From Armatimonadota bacterium (GTDB taxonomy: Bacteria > Armatimonadota > Fimbriimonadia > Fimbriimonadales > GBS-DC), in NCBI GenBank assembly GCA_037445735.1, contig JBBIJY010000013.1, positions 20,478 through 84,477 on the forward strand: 64,000 nucleotides of DNA, in the 5' to 3' direction. Within the stretch, counting starts at the first letter, position 1; each line of letters begins with the position of its first letter. The notes below the pieces were generated by a model. The model searched no databases and had not been told where the DNA came from. It was given only the letters and a program-made list of their open reading frames with translations. This document shows, one piece after another, positions 10,428 to 20,675 of this stretch. Position numbers and translations under genes: made by a program.

Positions 10428-12307
10428 GGCAGTGCGAACCGAAGCACCTCCTCCCTTGTTAGCGGCTGATCCAATCCCGATGGATAGACCTCGAAAACGA
10501 ACCTGCAGCCGCCAGCCGTTGGAATCTTTAGTCCCTTCACCACTGGCTCCTTGAAAAAGTAGATGGCGGACGCGAAGCCGCTCCGCTCCTGCTTGAGCAT
10601 CCGAACCGCGAGGGGCAGGGTGGTTGGCTCCAGCTGGAAGGCGACCGATTGCGGTTCACCAGTGAACCCTGTCCTGGAGGCGATGAAACCCATCTGGGCA
10701 GGAGTCAGCAGGGGCTGCTCCAGACGCCCATACCGCTGGAGCGTGGCTTTTTGGGCAGGGGTCAGCGAGGCATAGAAGCGCAGCAGCTGGCGGGTTGGGC
10801 GGCTTGTCAGCTCTGTCAGCGAATCACCGAGCGCGTCGGTGAACGAGTACTCGAAGTAGCCATACGGGTCTGTCATGTCTACCCGATTAAGACGGGCGGC
10901 GAAAGTGGTGCGCCAGCACTCGCGCAACCGATCCAGACCGCGTATCTGCAGCGAGTTAAGCTCCATCGCCAGCTTCGACGCCGCCGAAAGGGAAAGAAGA
11001 TAAGGGGTGTTCAACAGATTCAGAGTTGCCTCGTTTACATCCATCGCGCGTACGAAGGCAGGGCGTGCAAAGCGCAGCAATCGCCACGAACCGTCTATCT
11101 CCACCTTATAAATCTGCTCACAAATATTAAGTAGTTTTTCCCACGAAGAGAGGCTCTCATTAGAGGCAAACAGCCCAAACCATGGCGCGTTCCATTCCGC
11201 GACCAGGTTCAAATTGCTCACTTCGGCGTATCGAACCAGCAGCTCGGCGGGTAAATGCACCCAGTGAGCCAGTCGCTCAAAATCGGGCGGTTCCAGAGGC
11301 GCCTTCGGGCGCTTTAACAGGGCAGGATTGAATGTACGAACCGTGTGAGCGCGCATGAACTGCTCCACAAGGCTTTGCGGATTAAGCGGACCGATCGGCG
11401 GAACCCCTATGGCAAACTCGAGGCGACCTGCCTCGTGCCCGTCTCGAAGTTGAACTGCCGCGATGCCGAGGGTCAGCAGCTCGCCCACCCGAAGCATGAG
11501 GCACCGTTCACTGATTTCGATGCCTGCACTCTGATACAGCTCCTTTTCTCTGGCGATGAGGTGCTGATAGCCATCGGGCAGATAGGACAGCGGGAGTTCG
11601 AGGGAGCGTTTCTGGCGCAGAGTCTGCCACTGCCCGCTATCAAGCGCGCGCAGAACATGCAGAAGCTCGTAGTTGCGCACAATCTGCTGGGCTACATCGA
11701 TCAGGGTGGACTGGTAAAGCGCCTGCAGGTTGCCCGTTTGTGGGGGTGTGTTCGGCTTCAGCAGCGCCTTTAAGCGCGAGTCTGCGGCGCTATCGGGATT
11801 CTTAATTATTCGCTGATGCGCTTCGCGTGAGAGTTTAAACGCCGCGGGCGGAACCAGGGCAAGCGCTTCCTGAATCAGGTCAACTGGCTCCTTCTCTTCC
11901 AGCAGACGAACAAAACGGGTCAACTGCTCCCGTTCGGTGCGCGCTCTGGCAGGCTCCCCCAAGAGATAGTACAGCCTGCCGTCCTGCCGCTCGCCCCGCG
12001 TCCATTCAAAGCCGAGCGTGGTCGCCAAGTGGCTGAGCAGTTCATGAAGCGGCTGTTCGTGCACGAAAAGGCATACGCGGAACTGCCCTGCGGTCATGCC
12101 TGCGCGAAGATCAAGCCCCGTCTCCCGCGAAAGCTGGCGCATAAGCGATTGCAGCGTGATTGCTGGTTCACGCAGGCTCACTTTTTGAAGCAGTCGCGGC
12201 TCGCGGTCGGGATCCAGCGCATTCTGCCCCGATGTCTGTCCAATAAGCGCCGCACAGCTGAGTGATAGCCCCATTATCCAGACAGTGCGACTCGCTTTCC
12301 CTGCCAT
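10424..12307 (-). CDS. Hypothetical secreted protein with STN/secretin-N-like N-terminus
   Basis: 627 aa; signal peptide; GGTATAAT and GGAG upstream; stop overlaps next ATG (ATGA). Confidence 0.7.
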   Translation of the reverse strand: MAGKASRTVWIMGLSLSCAALIGQTSGQNALDPDREPRLLQKVSLREPAITLQSLMRQLSRETGLDLRAGMTAGQFRVCLFVHEQPLHELLSHLATTLGFEWTRGERQDGRLYYLLGEPARARTEREQLTRFVRLLEEKEPVDLIQEALALVPPAAFKLSREAHQRIIKNPDSAADSRLKALLKPNTPPQTGNLQALYQSTLIDVAQQIVRNYELLHVLRALDSGQWQTLRQKRSLELPLSYLPDGYQHLIAREKELYQSAGIEISERCLMLRVGELLTLGIAAVQLRDGHEAGRLEFAIGVPPIGPLNPQSLVEQFMRAHTVRTFNPALLKRPKAPLEPPDFERLAHWVHLPAELLVRYAEVSNLNLVAEWNAPWFGLFASNESLSSWEKLLNICEQIYKVEIDGSWRLLRFARPAFVRAMDVNEATLNLLNTPYLLSLSAASKLAMELNSLQIRGLDRLRECWRTTFAARLNRVDMTDPYGYFEYSFTDALGDSLTELTSRPTRQLLRFYASLTPAQKATLQRYGRLEQPLLTPAQMGFIASRTGFTGEPQSVAFQLEPTTLPLAVRMLKQERSGFASAIYFFKEPVVKGLKIPTAGGCRFVFEVYPSGLDQPLTREEVLRFALP

Positions 12308-12500
12308 GACGCTCCACCTGCCCGATTATACCTTGCCTGCTTCCGCATCCCAAACCATCCTCCCGCATCGGCTTCAGGCTCACACACAGCACCCGGTGGG
12401 GTGCGCCTGCCTGCTGCCCTTGAAGCCACAAAATACGAACACGCGCGACGGTTTTGCACAACACCCCGAAAACATCTCACCCTTTTAGAAGGCGGAATAA

Positions 12501-15074
12501 TCAGGAATCGGGTGCAGGAGCGGGCTTGAGAAGGCGTTCGTACTCTTCGGGTGGGATTTTGCGTCCCTGCGTGTCGGTGCAGTAGAAGCTGAGCAGGGTG
12601 CGCCCAGCCCACTGACCCAGCCGTGCGCTGTGGATGTTCCAGCCCAATCGCGAGAGGCGGTACGCTGCCCGATAGAGCGCGCCCGCGTCCGGCTCCGTCT
12701 GCATATCGACCACCGTGTAGCTCTCGGACGCATCGTCGTGAATCTGCAGCTGGCGCACGCGCAGCTGGCTTTCGGGGTCTTTCTGATGCTCGCGCAACAG
12801 CTCGCTCACCGACTGCTCCCCTGTGAGCACGCGGCGCAGCGCTTTCTCTATCAGGGCGCACTGATTGGGCGAGAGCGGGCGATGGCGGATGGTAATCCAG
12901 AGCGTGTCGAGCGCGACGCGCGGCTCGTCCTCGCGGGTCAGCACCCGCGCCGCGCTCACCTCCGCGTCCAGCGCGTACAGCACGCCCGCTATCTTGCTCA
13001 ACAGACCCGGCTGCGGGTCATCGAAGGTGCAGAGGGTCAGCTCGGTGTAGGGCGAACCCTGCGCCTGATGGAACTCGATCACGGGACCCTTACCCTCGCG
13101 CACGCGCTGGATGTAGCGGATGTGCAGCATAATCTGCTCGGTGGGTGTGTTGAGCAGGTAGGCGGAGGGCATCTGCTGGATGTGCTGCTCGATGAGTTCG
13201 GGCGGCAGCGGATGGCGCGACAGCTCGCGCTGGAGCCGTTTGCGCAGGGCGGTGAGGTTCGGCGCGGCGACTGGCTCGCCCTCCTCAAGGGCGCGCATCG
13301 CCCGCCGATAGAGTTCCTGCAGGAACGCCGCCTGCGCGGGCGTCCAGATACGCTCGCCGACCGCCTGCGTATCGGCGCAGGTGAGCAGGTAGAGCATCTG
13401 CAGCCGTTCGGGGTCGTTCACAATGCGGGTGAAGTCGCGAATCGTTTCGGGCAGGTGCAGATCGCGCTGGCGGGCGGTCTGCGCCATCAGCAGGTGGTGG
13501 CGCACCAGAAACTCGATATCGGTGGCGTGTTCGTCCCAGCCCAGCTGCAGGGCGGTCTCGCGGGCGATTTCGGCGCCCGACTCTGCATGGGGGCGTGCGC
13601 CGTCCTGCTTGCCCACATCGTGCAGCAGCAGCGCCAGGTAGAGCACCTCCGGGCGTGGTAACTGGTTCAGGATGAGCGTCAGGGGCGACGGCGGCTCTGA
13701 TGGGTTCTGCGCGAAGCTGTCCAGGATTCGGATCGCCTGCAGGGTATGCTCGCCGACGGTGAACTCGTGGGTAGGGTCGCCTGCGGGCAGGCTCATCACC
13801 GCGTTGAAGGCGGGCAGCGCCCAGCCCAGCACGCCCAGTCGCGCCATCGGCTCCAGCACGCGATACACCTCGCCCGGCTGGCTCAGAATCTCGCGCAGGC
13901 ACTGCCCGACCTCGCGTGGGTCGGGCGGGCGCGGCGAATCGCGCAGCACGGCTTCGATGCGTGCCTCAATCTGCGGGCTGAGCGCGAGGCGATACTTTTG
14001 CGCCAGTCGGAACACCCACAGGCACCATTCGGGCGGTTCGCGCTCCAGCGCGGGCGCAGGCTCAATCTGCAGGTTCACGCTGTCCAGCCCCAGCCCCAGC
14101 ACGAGCGGCGAGCGGATGAGCTGTTCAACGGCGCGGCGGGTGAGACGGGCATGCGTCGCCAGCGCGTCCATCACCATGCGCGTGAATGCGCTCGCTTCGA
14201 GTCCCAGCCGTTCGGCGATTTCGGCTTGACGGCTCCGCGTGAGGATGTCGCGCGCCTCGCCCGTGATGGCGTGCAGCCATGCTCGCACGCGCGCGAGCGT
14301 GCGCGTCGCCCGCTCCAGCGCTTCGGCTTCGGTCGAGCTGAGAACGCCTTCGGCGGTCAGGGTCGCCAGCACGGCGTGGGAGGGTACCCCGTAGCGCACC
14401 TGTGCGAGCCAGTTGAGCGTATGGCGGTCGCGCAAGCCGCCGCGCCCCTCTTTCAGGTTCGGCTCCATGCGCAGCACGCCCGCGCCCTGCTTCGCCCAGC
14501 GCGCCCGATACTCCTGATAGCGCTCCAGCATGAAGCCTGTCGGATCCAGCGTGTGCCAGAAGCGCGTCTCGAACTGCTCGGCAACCGCGCTGCTGCCCGC
14601 CACTAGGCGCATATCGAGCAGACCCGTGCGCGTCTTATCGTCCAGCGTGGGGCAGTCGTCCATCAGCCGATAGGCGTAGCCGACCCTGAGCCGCGCCTGC
14701 GTGTGCAACACATTCATCAACGCCTGAAACAGGTGCTTCACCAGCCGCTCGGTGAACGGCTCGTTCTCGTGCAGCGGAATGAAGGTGAGGTCAATATCGG
14801 AGCAGGGCGCGAGGTCGGCGCGTCCGTAGCCGCCAGTGGCGAAGATGGCGAGCGACTGTTCAGGGATCAGGGCGACCTCCTGCGCCGCCTGCTCATACGC
14901 CCACTGATAGAGCGCCTGTAAAGCCGAATCGATGAGCGCGGTGTATTCGCGGGCGAAGGCGTCCTCATCATTCTGCTCCCAGAGGTGTTCGATCAGGCGC
15001 GTGCGCGCTGTCAACAGCCACGCGCCCATCTCCTCTGGTGTCGGCTTCACTCCCGCTGCAACCCTCGCGCTCAC
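12501..15074 (-). CDS. glnD: [Protein-PII] uridylyltransferase / uridylyl-removing enzyme
   Basis: 'GGYGR..APCSDIDL', 'EPNLKEGRGGLRD', HD domain 'HEFTVGEH..LLHDVGK', two ACT domains; GTG start proposed 7 nt after GGTAGAAT (ORF extends to 15095). Confidence 0.93.
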   Translation of the reverse strand: MSARVAAGVKPTPEEMGAWLLTARTRLIEHLWEQNDEDAFAREYTALIDSALQALYQWAYEQAAQEVALIPEQSLAIFATGGYGRADLAPCSDIDLTFIPLHENEPFTERLVKHLFQALMNVLHTQARLRVGYAYRLMDDCPTLDDKTRTGLLDMRLVAGSSAVAEQFETRFWHTLDPTGFMLERYQEYRARWAKQGAGVLRMEPNLKEGRGGLRDRHTLNWLAQVRYGVPSHAVLATLTAEGVLSSTEAEALERATRTLARVRAWLHAITGEARDILTRSRQAEIAERLGLEASAFTRMVMDALATHARLTRRAVEQLIRSPLVLGLGLDSVNLQIEPAPALEREPPEWCLWVFRLAQKYRLALSPQIEARIEAVLRDSPRPPDPREVGQCLREILSQPGEVYRVLEPMARLGVLGWALPAFNAVMSLPAGDPTHEFTVGEHTLQAIRILDSFAQNPSEPPSPLTLILNQLPRPEVLYLALLLHDVGKQDGARPHAESGAEIARETALQLGWDEHATDIEFLVRHHLLMAQTARQRDLHLPETIRDFTRIVNDPERLQMLYLLTCADTQAVGERIWTPAQAAFLQELYRRAMRALEEGEPVAAPNLTALRKRLQRELSRHPLPPELIEQHIQQMPSAYLLNTPTEQIMLHIRYIQRVREGKGPVIEFHQAQGSPYTELTLCTFDDPQPGLLSKIAGVLYALDAEVSAARVLTREDEPRVALDTLWITIRHRPLSPNQCALIEKALRRVLTGEQSVSELLREHQKDPESQLRVRQLQIHDDASESYTVVDMQTEPDAGALYRAAYRLSRLGWNIHSARLGQWAGRTLLSFYCTDTQGRKIPPEEYERLLKPAPAPDS

Positions 15075-15125
15075 AATCCCGATTCTACCCCTCATGACCC
15101 CCTTTATGGGTGGCTGGCAGCGGCA

Positions 15126-15752
15126 TCAGCGCGTCAGGTTCTTTTGCTTCCACTCCTTGAGCAGGGTCGGCGCACGCTCCGTCAGAAAAACATTCTCCAC
15201 GAAGAACATGTAGAGCTGGTCGCGCTCCAGTTTCCCGGTGTCCACTTTGCTGGCTTGCAGAACCTCGCGGCTGCGTTTGACCATATAGTCCATCTGTTCT
15301 TCGGTGAAGCGCGGTTTGAGTTCGGTGCTGATTTCGGTGATGAGGCGGGTGCGCAGGTCGCGTCGGCGCTGGGCGGCTGTGGTCTCCAGCTGGCGCATGG
15401 CATCCAGAAACTCTTTCGGCACGCTTTTGCCGCGTGAGGCGTCCTCGCGCACGCGCAGGATCTCGTCCTTGCGGTTGCGCAGCTCCTTTGCCTCCTGCTG
15501 GATCAGCTCATTCAGTTGTTTGAACGCCTTTTCGTTGGCTGCGATCAGCCGATCGACCTGTTCGGTGGTCAGGTTCAGCGGGCGCACATTGTGGAACCAG
15601 TTGATGTCGGTCAGCGCGAGCAGCAGCTGATCGATTTCGGCGGTGGATGGAGCGGTCGTGCTGCCCGATGGCTGGCTCTGCTGGGAGTGAATCGCAAGCA
15701 GCATCAGCCCACCCAGTATCCCTCCAAGCCCCAACAGTCCGACGCTTCGCAT
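15126..15752 (-). CDS. Hypothetical exported helical protein
   Basis: N-terminal hydrophobic segment 'MRSVGLLGLGGILGGLMLLA' followed by a coiled-coil-like body; GGTATACT 7 nt upstream. Confidence 0.7.
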   Translation of the reverse strand: MRSVGLLGLGGILGGLMLLAIHSQQSQPSGSTTAPSTAEIDQLLLALTDINWFHNVRPLNLTTEQVDRLIAANEKAFKQLNELIQQEAKELRNRKDEILRVREDASRGKSVPKEFLDAMRQLETTAAQRRRDLRTRLITEISTELKPRFTEEQMDYMVKRSREVLQASKVDTGKLERDQLYMFFVENVFLTERAPTLLKEWKQKNLTR

Positions 15753-15794
15753 GGCAGCAAGTATACCTTGAAGATGGGGTATTATGGGGCTGCA

Positions 15795-17072
15795 GTGTCG
15801 GTTCAACCGTCGGGAACGTTAGAGCCGCCGGAGCCTCCGCAAGGGGGCTCGTTTCTCGAGACTGGCTGGCTGGGTTCAACTTTTCAGGCGATGCGGTACC
15901 CCGTCTTTCGGCGGTACTGGGTAGGCGCGTTCCTGTCGTTCATCGGCTCATGGATTCAAAATGTTGCCCAGAGCTGGCTGGTGTATGAGTTGACGCGCTC
16001 GGAGTTCTTGCTGGGCGTGGTGGGGTTTGTGCAGGGCTTACCGATGCTGTTGTTCGCGCCGCTGGGTGGCGCCATCTCCGACCGCTGGAACCGCCGCACC
16101 ATCCTGCTCCTCACGCAAAGCATTTTCGCATTGAGCGCGCTCACACTCGCGATCCTCACCTACACCGGGCTGATCCGATACGAACACATCCTGGGGCTGG
16201 TGCTGCTGAATGGGCTGGTGTTATCCATCGATTTGCCGACACGCCAGTCGCTGGTGGCGCATCTGGTGGACAAGCGCGATCTGGCGAACGGCATTGCGCT
16301 GAACGCCGCTGCGTTCCACACCGCGCGCATTCTGGGACCCGCGCTGGGCGGTCTTTTGCTGGAGCGGGTCGGCGCGGCGCCATGTTTTCTGATTAACGCC
16401 ATTAGTTTCGGCGCGATCCTGCTGGCGCTGCTGACGATTCGGGTGCAGTCGGTGGATGATGGCGAGTCGCGGGGCGGGCTGCTCCGCTCACTGCGGGAGG
16501 GCGTGCAGTTTGTGGTGGCGCGGCGCGGGCTGTTCGTGCTGTGGCTGAATGTGATTGTGCTGAGTCTGTTCGGGCTATCCTATCTGGTGCTGCTGCCCGT
16601 GTTCGCCGCGGAGATACTGAAAATCGGCAAGGCGGGGCTGGGTCAACTCTACACCTTCGCCGGCATCGGCTCGCTGATTGGACTGTTAACGGTGGCGCGG
16701 CTTTCAGGCGAAATCCCGCGCGGCGTGCTGGTGCTGATCGCCGCCAACGGCTTCGCGTGGAGCGTTCTCCTGTTCTCGCAGTCGCACCATCCATTGCTCG
16801 CCAAGCTCATGCTGATGCTGGCGGGCATGTTCGGTGTGATGCAGCTGGTATCGACCAACACGGCGTTGCAGACAGCCGCGCCGGACCATCTGCGCGGGCG
16901 TGTGGTCTCCCTGCATACCTGGGCGATTAACGGTCCTGCGCCCTTCGCCGCGTTGATGATTGGCAAGCTGGCGCAGATGCTGGGCGCGCCGACCGCCGTG
17001 CTGATCGGCGCCGGCATCTGTGCTGCCTTCGCGCTCGGTCTGCTCCTCATCAAAGAGGTTCGACAGGTTTGA
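15795..17072 (+). CDS. MFS transporter (MFS_3/DUF894-like)
   Basis: About 12 TM segments; 'FLSFIGSWIQNVAQSWLVYELT', 'GAISDRWNRR', 'APDHLRGRV'; start estimated. Confidence 0.9.
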   Translation: MSVQPSGTLEPPEPPQGGSFLETGWLGSTFQAMRYPVFRRYWVGAFLSFIGSWIQNVAQSWLVYELTRSEFLLGVVGFVQGLPMLLFAPLGGAISDRWNRRTILLLTQSIFALSALTLAILTYTGLIRYEHILGLVLLNGLVLSIDLPTRQSLVAHLVDKRDLANGIALNAAAFHTARILGPALGGLLLERVGAAPCFLINAISFGAILLALLTIRVQSVDDGESRGGLLRSLREGVQFVVARRGLFVLWLNVIVLSLFGLSYLVLLPVFAAEILKIGKAGLGQLYTFAGIGSLIGLLTVARLSGEIPRGVLVLIAANGFAWSVLLFSQSHHPLLAKLMLMLAGMFGVMQLVSTNTALQTAAPDHLRGRVVSLHTWAINGPAPFAALMIGKLAQMLGAPTAVLIGAGICAAFALGLLLIKEVRQV

Positions 17073-17132
17073 TTCGTCCGCACGGCTGGTTTTTTCACTC
17101 ATTCGGGGGCACGATATTTTTGAGCAGGGGGC

Positions 17133-19133
17133 TTACTCCGCCCATTCGAACAGCAGCTGATCGATCAGCAGTTGGGCGCTGGCGCCTGCGCCTGTGATGA
17201 GAATGCGCACGAACAGGTCGCCTTCATAGGAGACATACTGGGCGGGGTCACCGGGCAGGCTGACGGTAACGGTCTGATAGCTGCTGGTGGGAGGGGGTGC
17301 ACTCAGCGCGGTGGTGAAGGCTCCGTAGGGGTAGCTCCCTGTCGCGAAGTTGTAGAGTTCGACCTGTTCCACGACGCCTGCGGGCATGTTTTGCGCCATG
17401 CGTCGGTAGGTGAAGCGCAGAGTGCCACGCACCCGGTTTTTGTCCAGCCCGCGCACCAGCAGGTAGAGTGCAATATCGCCGCTGTCGTCGCGGGCATCGG
17501 CAATCAGGGGCTGACCATCGGCGGCGCGAAGCTCATTGAAACCGCCTGATACCGATGCGCCCGCTCGATCGCCCTTGATCTGGCGGTCGGCAGGTGCCGC
17601 ACCGCGCAACGCGGGCGAAGAGGATCGCTCCAGCCAGATGCGATTGGAAGGCACGCCGCGCACCACCACCTGCAGCCAGCCAGGGCGCGCCCCGCGTGGC
17701 ACCCACGCCACGATTTTGCCGTCCGTCCACTCCAGCACCTGCAGCCGCTGATGGTTCAGCATCACGCGCCCCCAGAGCGGGTTCCAGCCGAAGTATCGCC
17801 CGCCAATCGTGATGCGCCCACCATTATATGGAACGCGGTGCGGGCTGACCCAGTGGATGGCGGGCTGGATGGAGTCCCAGAGCGCGAAGCCATCGGGCAG
17901 AAGGGTCACTTCACGCAAATAGCGCAGGGCACGATCGGCGTTCACGCGCCCGTAGTTCACATAGTATCCCGCCGATGGGTCGGGGATCGGTTCGGCGGAA
18001 TACTCCAGCGCTTCACGAATGGTCTCGATGCGGGCATTCGGCGCCCACGACCAGAGCAGGGCAGCGACGCCCGCCGCGTTCGGCGCGGCGGCGGAAGTGC
18101 CACTGAACGAATCGGTGTAGCCGCCGCCCAGCGTGGTCGCATAGATGCTGACGCCCGGCGCCGCCACATCGACCCAGCTGCCCATGTTGGAGAAGCTCGC
18201 CTTGCGATCGGACGCGGTGCTGGCAGCCACGCCGACCGCCCGATCATAACCCGCCGGGTAGAGCGGCAGCGGCTCGTTGTAGTTGCCCGCCGCCACCACC
18301 AGCAGCGAGCCGTTCCGCCACGCATAATCGGTCGCCGCGCGCAGGGCGGGGGTCAGATCATCGCTGAAGTAGCTGATGCTCTGCACCTTCGCGCCCATCC
18401 GCGCCGCGTAGATCACCCCTGGCGCGAACATCGAATCGTAGCTGTAGCCGTTCGACAGCCCGATCTTGACACACATAATGCGGCACTGGAACGCCACTCC
18501 CGCGATTTGCAGGTTGTTGTTGCCCGCCGCAGCCACGATGCCCGCGCACGCCGTGCCGTGCCCGTGATCGTCCATCGGGTTCGGGTCGTTGTAGGCGAAG
18601 TCGTAGCCGAGATAATCGTCCACCAGCCCATTCCCATCGTCATCGACACCGTTGGAGGGTATCTCACCCGTGTTCACCCAGAGGTTCGGCGCCAGTTCGG
18701 GATGGTTGTAATCGACGCCTGTGTCCAGCACAGCGACCACCACCTGCGGGCTGCCGCGCGTCCAGTCCCAGGCGCTGGGCACCTGCATGCGGAACAGGTT
18801 CCACTGGGAGGGGAACAGCGGATCGTTCGGCTCGTATGCCAGCTGGTAGGCGCGGTCAGGATAGGCTTCACTTGCCCAGCCCTTCTGAACCAATCGCTCG
18901 ATGCTCTCATCGACCTGACCCCACGGCACGCGCAGCACGCTGTAGCCGATTTCGGGAATGTCGCGCAGGACAGCAAAGCCCGCCTGCTCGCACGCCCTGC
19001 GAGCGGTTTCGTCTTGGAAGCGCACGATTATTCTATCGGGCGCCGCCAGCACATGCGTGCGTCGGGTCAGAATGGGTTGTTCGGCAGCCGAAAAGAGGCT
19101 GATCAGCGCCAGAGCCGTTAGCAGCGCGTTCAT
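17133..19133 (-). CDS. Secreted S8 subtilisin-like serine protease with IPT/TIG and C-terminal beta-rich domain
   Basis: Triad motifs 'VLDTG', 'HGTACAG', 'GTSAAAP'; oxyanion 'AAGN'; signal peptide from 19133. Confidence 0.93.
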   Translation of the reverse strand: MNALLTALALISLFSAAEQPILTRRTHVLAAPDRIIVRFQDETARRACEQAGFAVLRDIPEIGYSVLRVPWGQVDESIERLVQKGWASEAYPDRAYQLAYEPNDPLFPSQWNLFRMQVPSAWDWTRGSPQVVVAVLDTGVDYNHPELAPNLWVNTGEIPSNGVDDDGNGLVDDYLGYDFAYNDPNPMDDHGHGTACAGIVAAAGNNNLQIAGVAFQCRIMCVKIGLSNGYSYDSMFAPGVIYAARMGAKVQSISYFSDDLTPALRAATDYAWRNGSLLVVAAGNYNEPLPLYPAGYDRAVGVAASTASDRKASFSNMGSWVDVAAPGVSIYATTLGGGYTDSFSGTSAAAPNAAGVAALLWSWAPNARIETIREALEYSAEPIPDPSAGYYVNYGRVNADRALRYLREVTLLPDGFALWDSIQPAIHWVSPHRVPYNGGRITIGGRYFGWNPLWGRVMLNHQRLQVLEWTDGKIVAWVPRGARPGWLQVVVRGVPSNRIWLERSSSPALRGAAPADRQIKGDRAGASVSGGFNELRAADGQPLIADARDDSGDIALYLLVRGLDKNRVRGTLRFTYRRMAQNMPAGVVEQVELYNFATGSYPYGAFTTALSAPPPTSSYQTVTVSLPGDPAQYVSYEGDLFVRILITGAGASAQLLIDQLLFEWAE

Positions 19134-19155
19134 CGCAGGCTTATTATACACCAGC

Positions 19156-19244
19156 TGGTGCCGGAGGTGGGAATCGAACCCACACCCGGGTCCCCCCGGA
19201 CCGGTTTTTGAGACCGGCGCGTCTACCAGTTCCGCCACTCCGGC
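19156..19244 (-). tRNA. tRNA-Leu (anticodon CAA)
   Basis: GCCGGAG acceptor stem, D-arm GGCGGAACTGGTAGACGC, anticodon arm CCGGT-CTCAAAA-ACCGG, long variable arm, GGTTCGATTCC T-arm, encoded CCA. Confidence 0.96.
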
Positions 19245-19255
19245 AGCGGTTCGAA

Positions 19256-20257
19256 TTATACCCGTTCGGCTTCGAGGTCGGCGCGTTTGCCTGCGAAGAT
19301 GTCGCGAACAATCTCGTCCACCTCCACCTCTTCGATGGTGATGTCGTGCACGGGCAGTTGCTGAAGGATTTGCGCGGCGACACGGCTGACCTGCTCGCGC
19401 GGCACCTCCAGCACCGCTTCCAGTCCGTCATGGCGCACCACGCGCCCGAAGCGCATCAGTGCCATCGGCTCGATGGGCTGTTCGAACTGCAGGCGCAACG
19501 CCTTGCTGGGGCTGTACTGCTCCACCAGCGCGCGGAGGGTGTCATCGAAAATCAGTCGTCCGTGATGAATAATCAGCACGCGCTGAGCCAGCTCCTGCAC
19601 ATCCTGCATGTAGTGGCTGGTGAGCAGGATGGTGGTGCGCTCGCGCTGGTTATACTCTTTCAGGAACTCACGAATGCGCTTCTGCGAGACCACATCCAGC
19701 CCGATTGTTGGCTCGTCCAGAAACAGCACGCGCGGGCGATGGAGCAGCGCCGCCAGCAGCTCGCATTTCATGCGCTCGCCCAGCGACAGGCGCCGCACCT
19801 GCACATTCAGCACATGGCGGATTTCGAGCATCTCTGCCAGCTCGTTCACGCGCCGTTCGAACTCGTCGTCAGGCACCTCGTAAAGCGCTTTGAGCAGGAG
19901 ATACGATTCATAGGCGGGCAGGTCCCACCAGAGCTGCATTTTCTGTCCCATCACGAGCGCGATCTGGCGTTGCATTTCGGGGCGTCGCTCCCAGGGCACA
20001 TAGCCCAGCACGCGCGCGGTGCCTGAAGTCGGAAAGATGATGCCCGACAGCATCTTCAGCGTGGTGGTCTTACCCGCGCCGTTGGGTCCCAGAAAGCCGA
20101 CCAGTTCGCCCTCTTCAATCGTGAAGGAGATGTCGCGCACCGCCTCCACATACTGGCGCTCGCGCCGAAACAGGCTTTTGATGGCGCCGAGCAACCCGGG
20201 CGGACGCTTGTAGGTCACATAGGTCTTCGACAGATGCTCCACCACGATTGCGGACAT
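19256..20257 (-). CDS. ABC transporter ATP-binding protein
   Basis: Walker A 'GPNGAGKTT', signature 'LSLGE', 'LFLDEPT', 'TSH'; no permease adjacent. Confidence 0.93.
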   Translation of the reverse strand: MSAIVVEHLSKTYVTYKRPPGLLGAIKSLFRRERQYVEAVRDISFTIEEGELVGFLGPNGAGKTTTLKMLSGIIFPTSGTARVLGYVPWERRPEMQRQIALVMGQKMQLWWDLPAYESYLLLKALYEVPDDEFERRVNELAEMLEIRHVLNVQVRRLSLGERMKCELLAALLHRPRVLFLDEPTIGLDVVSQKRIREFLKEYNQRERTTILLTSHYMQDVQELAQRVLIIHHGRLIFDDTLRALVEQYSPSKALRLQFEQPIEPMALMRFGRVVRHDGLEAVLEVPREQVSRVAAQILQQLPVHDITIEEVEVDEIVRDIFAGKRADLEAERV

Positions 20258-20312
20258 ACACGGGAAGTATACCTTGAGGACTGATACCCTGGAGTGCCTG
20301 CAAGCAAAGGCA

Positions 20313-20675
20313 TTAATCCTGCCCCGAAAGATGGACAATCCGCACTCGCGTTTCCGTCACCACTACCAGATTGCCCGCTAACTGATCAGAATAGTCGCGC
20401 AATAGGTGCGACAATACACGAATTTTGTTGGGTGCCCGTTCGTCATTCAATCGGAGCAGAATAACCCCGCAGTGTGCTTGACGATCCCGCATAATCCACG
20501 TGCCGAATTCCTTGTCGCTGGTGATCAGGATTCGCTCTTCTGCTACAGCCATCTTTAAGACCGCCGCATCATCTGCACCGCGTGCCTGTTCATAAACCGA
20601 GACAACATCATAGCCCTGCTCTCGGAGCCAGCGTGCGACGGAGGGTCCCGTGCATTCATCTACAAGGAATCGCAT
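20313..20675 (-). CDS. DUF5615 family PIN-like putative toxin
   Basis: 'MRFLVDEC..LREQGYDV..DAAVL..RILITSDKEFG..HCGVILLR'; coupled to a DUF433 gene. Confidence 0.88.
   Translation of the reverse strand: MRFLVDECTGPSVARWLREQGYDVVSVYEQARGADDAAVLKMAVAEERILITSDKEFGTWIMRDRQAHCGVILLRLNDERAPNKIRVLSHLLRDYSDQLAGNLVVVTETRVRIVHLSGQD

Noticed and set aside
19134-19238. N-terminal 'MAELVDAPVSKTG..' extension of the S8 protease
   Set aside because: It is the translated tRNA-Leu gene
19140-19260. tRNA-Leu as an integration site
   Set aside because: No integrase and no duplicated tRNA 3' end seen in the window
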